From NCBI GenBank assembly GCA_963842525.1, contig CAWJGT010000009.1:384001-448000 (forward strand): a DNA stretch of 64,000 bases. Direction: 5' to 3'. Positions 63,439 to 64,000 of the stretch are shown one piece after another; position 1 is the first letter of the stretch, and every line of letters starts with the position of its first letter. The notes below the pieces were generated by a model. That model was not told the DNA's origin. It made no database searches and saw only the letters and a program-made list of their open reading frames with translations. A program made the position numbers and the translations under genes. This DNA is from an uncultured Holophagales bacterium. GTDB lineage: Bacteria; Acidobacteriota; Thermoanaerobaculia; Multivoradales; UBA5704.

Positions 63439-63830
63439 ATGGAGGGGAAGGAGGGCTCTTTCATGAACCGGTTCCACATCCGCCTCCTGTTCATCGTGAC
63501 GCTCGAGATCCTCGTCTTTGAGGACGGCGCGCCGCGGACGGTGCTCAAGGCCGAGCCGCTGCGCCCGGGCGGCGGTTCTTTCCCGTGGAGCCTCGTCCTC
63601 TATTTCGACCAGGCCCTCACCGGGCCGGTCACGGCTCGGCCCGGTCCGACAACCGCACCGAGGCGCTACACGTCATGAGGCCGGAAGCGAGCCTCGCACG
63701 GGGATGGGAGGATCGGCTGGAGGTCCGGCCCCCAACCGGCGCGCGGCGGCTCGCCGTGGTAGTCGAGGATCTGGCCCGCGGCACCTGGGGAGGGGCTGTC
63801 GTCGAGCTGGCTGCGTCGGCGGGGAGGTGA
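63439..63830 (+). pseudogene. Possible internally deleted gene fragment
   Basis: VFEDGAPR..LVLYFD, then RRLAVVVEDLARGTWGG in another frame. Confidence 0.3.
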
Positions 63831-63857
63831 AGCTCGGCACCGTGTTACGATGCGGAA

Positions 63858-64000
63858 ATGTCGAGCCTGGATGCCGAAATCCTGCGCCGGATTGGGCCCA
63901 TTCAGGGGATTGCGGCTCTCCTGGTGTTCGGCTCCCGCGCCCGCGGAACGCAACGGCCGGACAGCGATCTGGATATCGGTGTCCTTCCGGCGGCGGGCGA
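63858..64000 (+). CDS. Minimal nucleotidyltransferase (MNT/MntA-like), truncated by window end
   Basis: Manual translation MSSLDAEILRRIGPIQGIAALLVFGSRARGTQRPDSDLDIGVLP; GS..DxD motif; absent from the ORF track. Confidence 0.8.
   Translation, partial: MSSLDAEILRRIGPIQGIAALLVFGSRARGTQRPDSDLDIGVLPAAG

Overview
High-GC window from a diderm bacterium (TamA/TamB and OmpA present); the gene content suggests Acidobacteriota/Thermoanaerobaculia, which is an inference. The left part (1-22 kb) is mostly housekeeping: nucleoside-type ABC transporter, S9 peptidase, dacB, PP2C phosphatase, NUDIX, bactofilin, osmC, pgi, glk, and an orphan family-5 SBP coupled to a sensor kinase. The middle carries rocD, a PilZ-AMIN / amidase / MamK-like actin operon and tamA-tamB. 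The main candidate new system is a family of repeated cassettes. Eight small secreted-peptide genes (signal peptide, Trp amphipathic helix, C-terminal GxxIDPxG core, usually Cys-bracketed) mostly lie directly upstream of ~450-aa cytoplasmic TPR-like proteins with an N-terminal anti-sigma-like zinc motif (H..HLLxxCxxC). The core is a tandem array at 40.1-50.4 kb, with outliers at 24.1-25.9 kb and 52.5-54.0 kb. Seven units of the array share an identically spaced bipartite promoter-like motif (TGTC[AC]C-N18-CAC[TC]). Related stand-alone XRE-type HTH genes flank the cassettes, and a candidate sRNA carries a variant of the same motif. Many single-base frameshifts in ordinary genes point to indel sequencing errors, so pseudogene calls are tentative.
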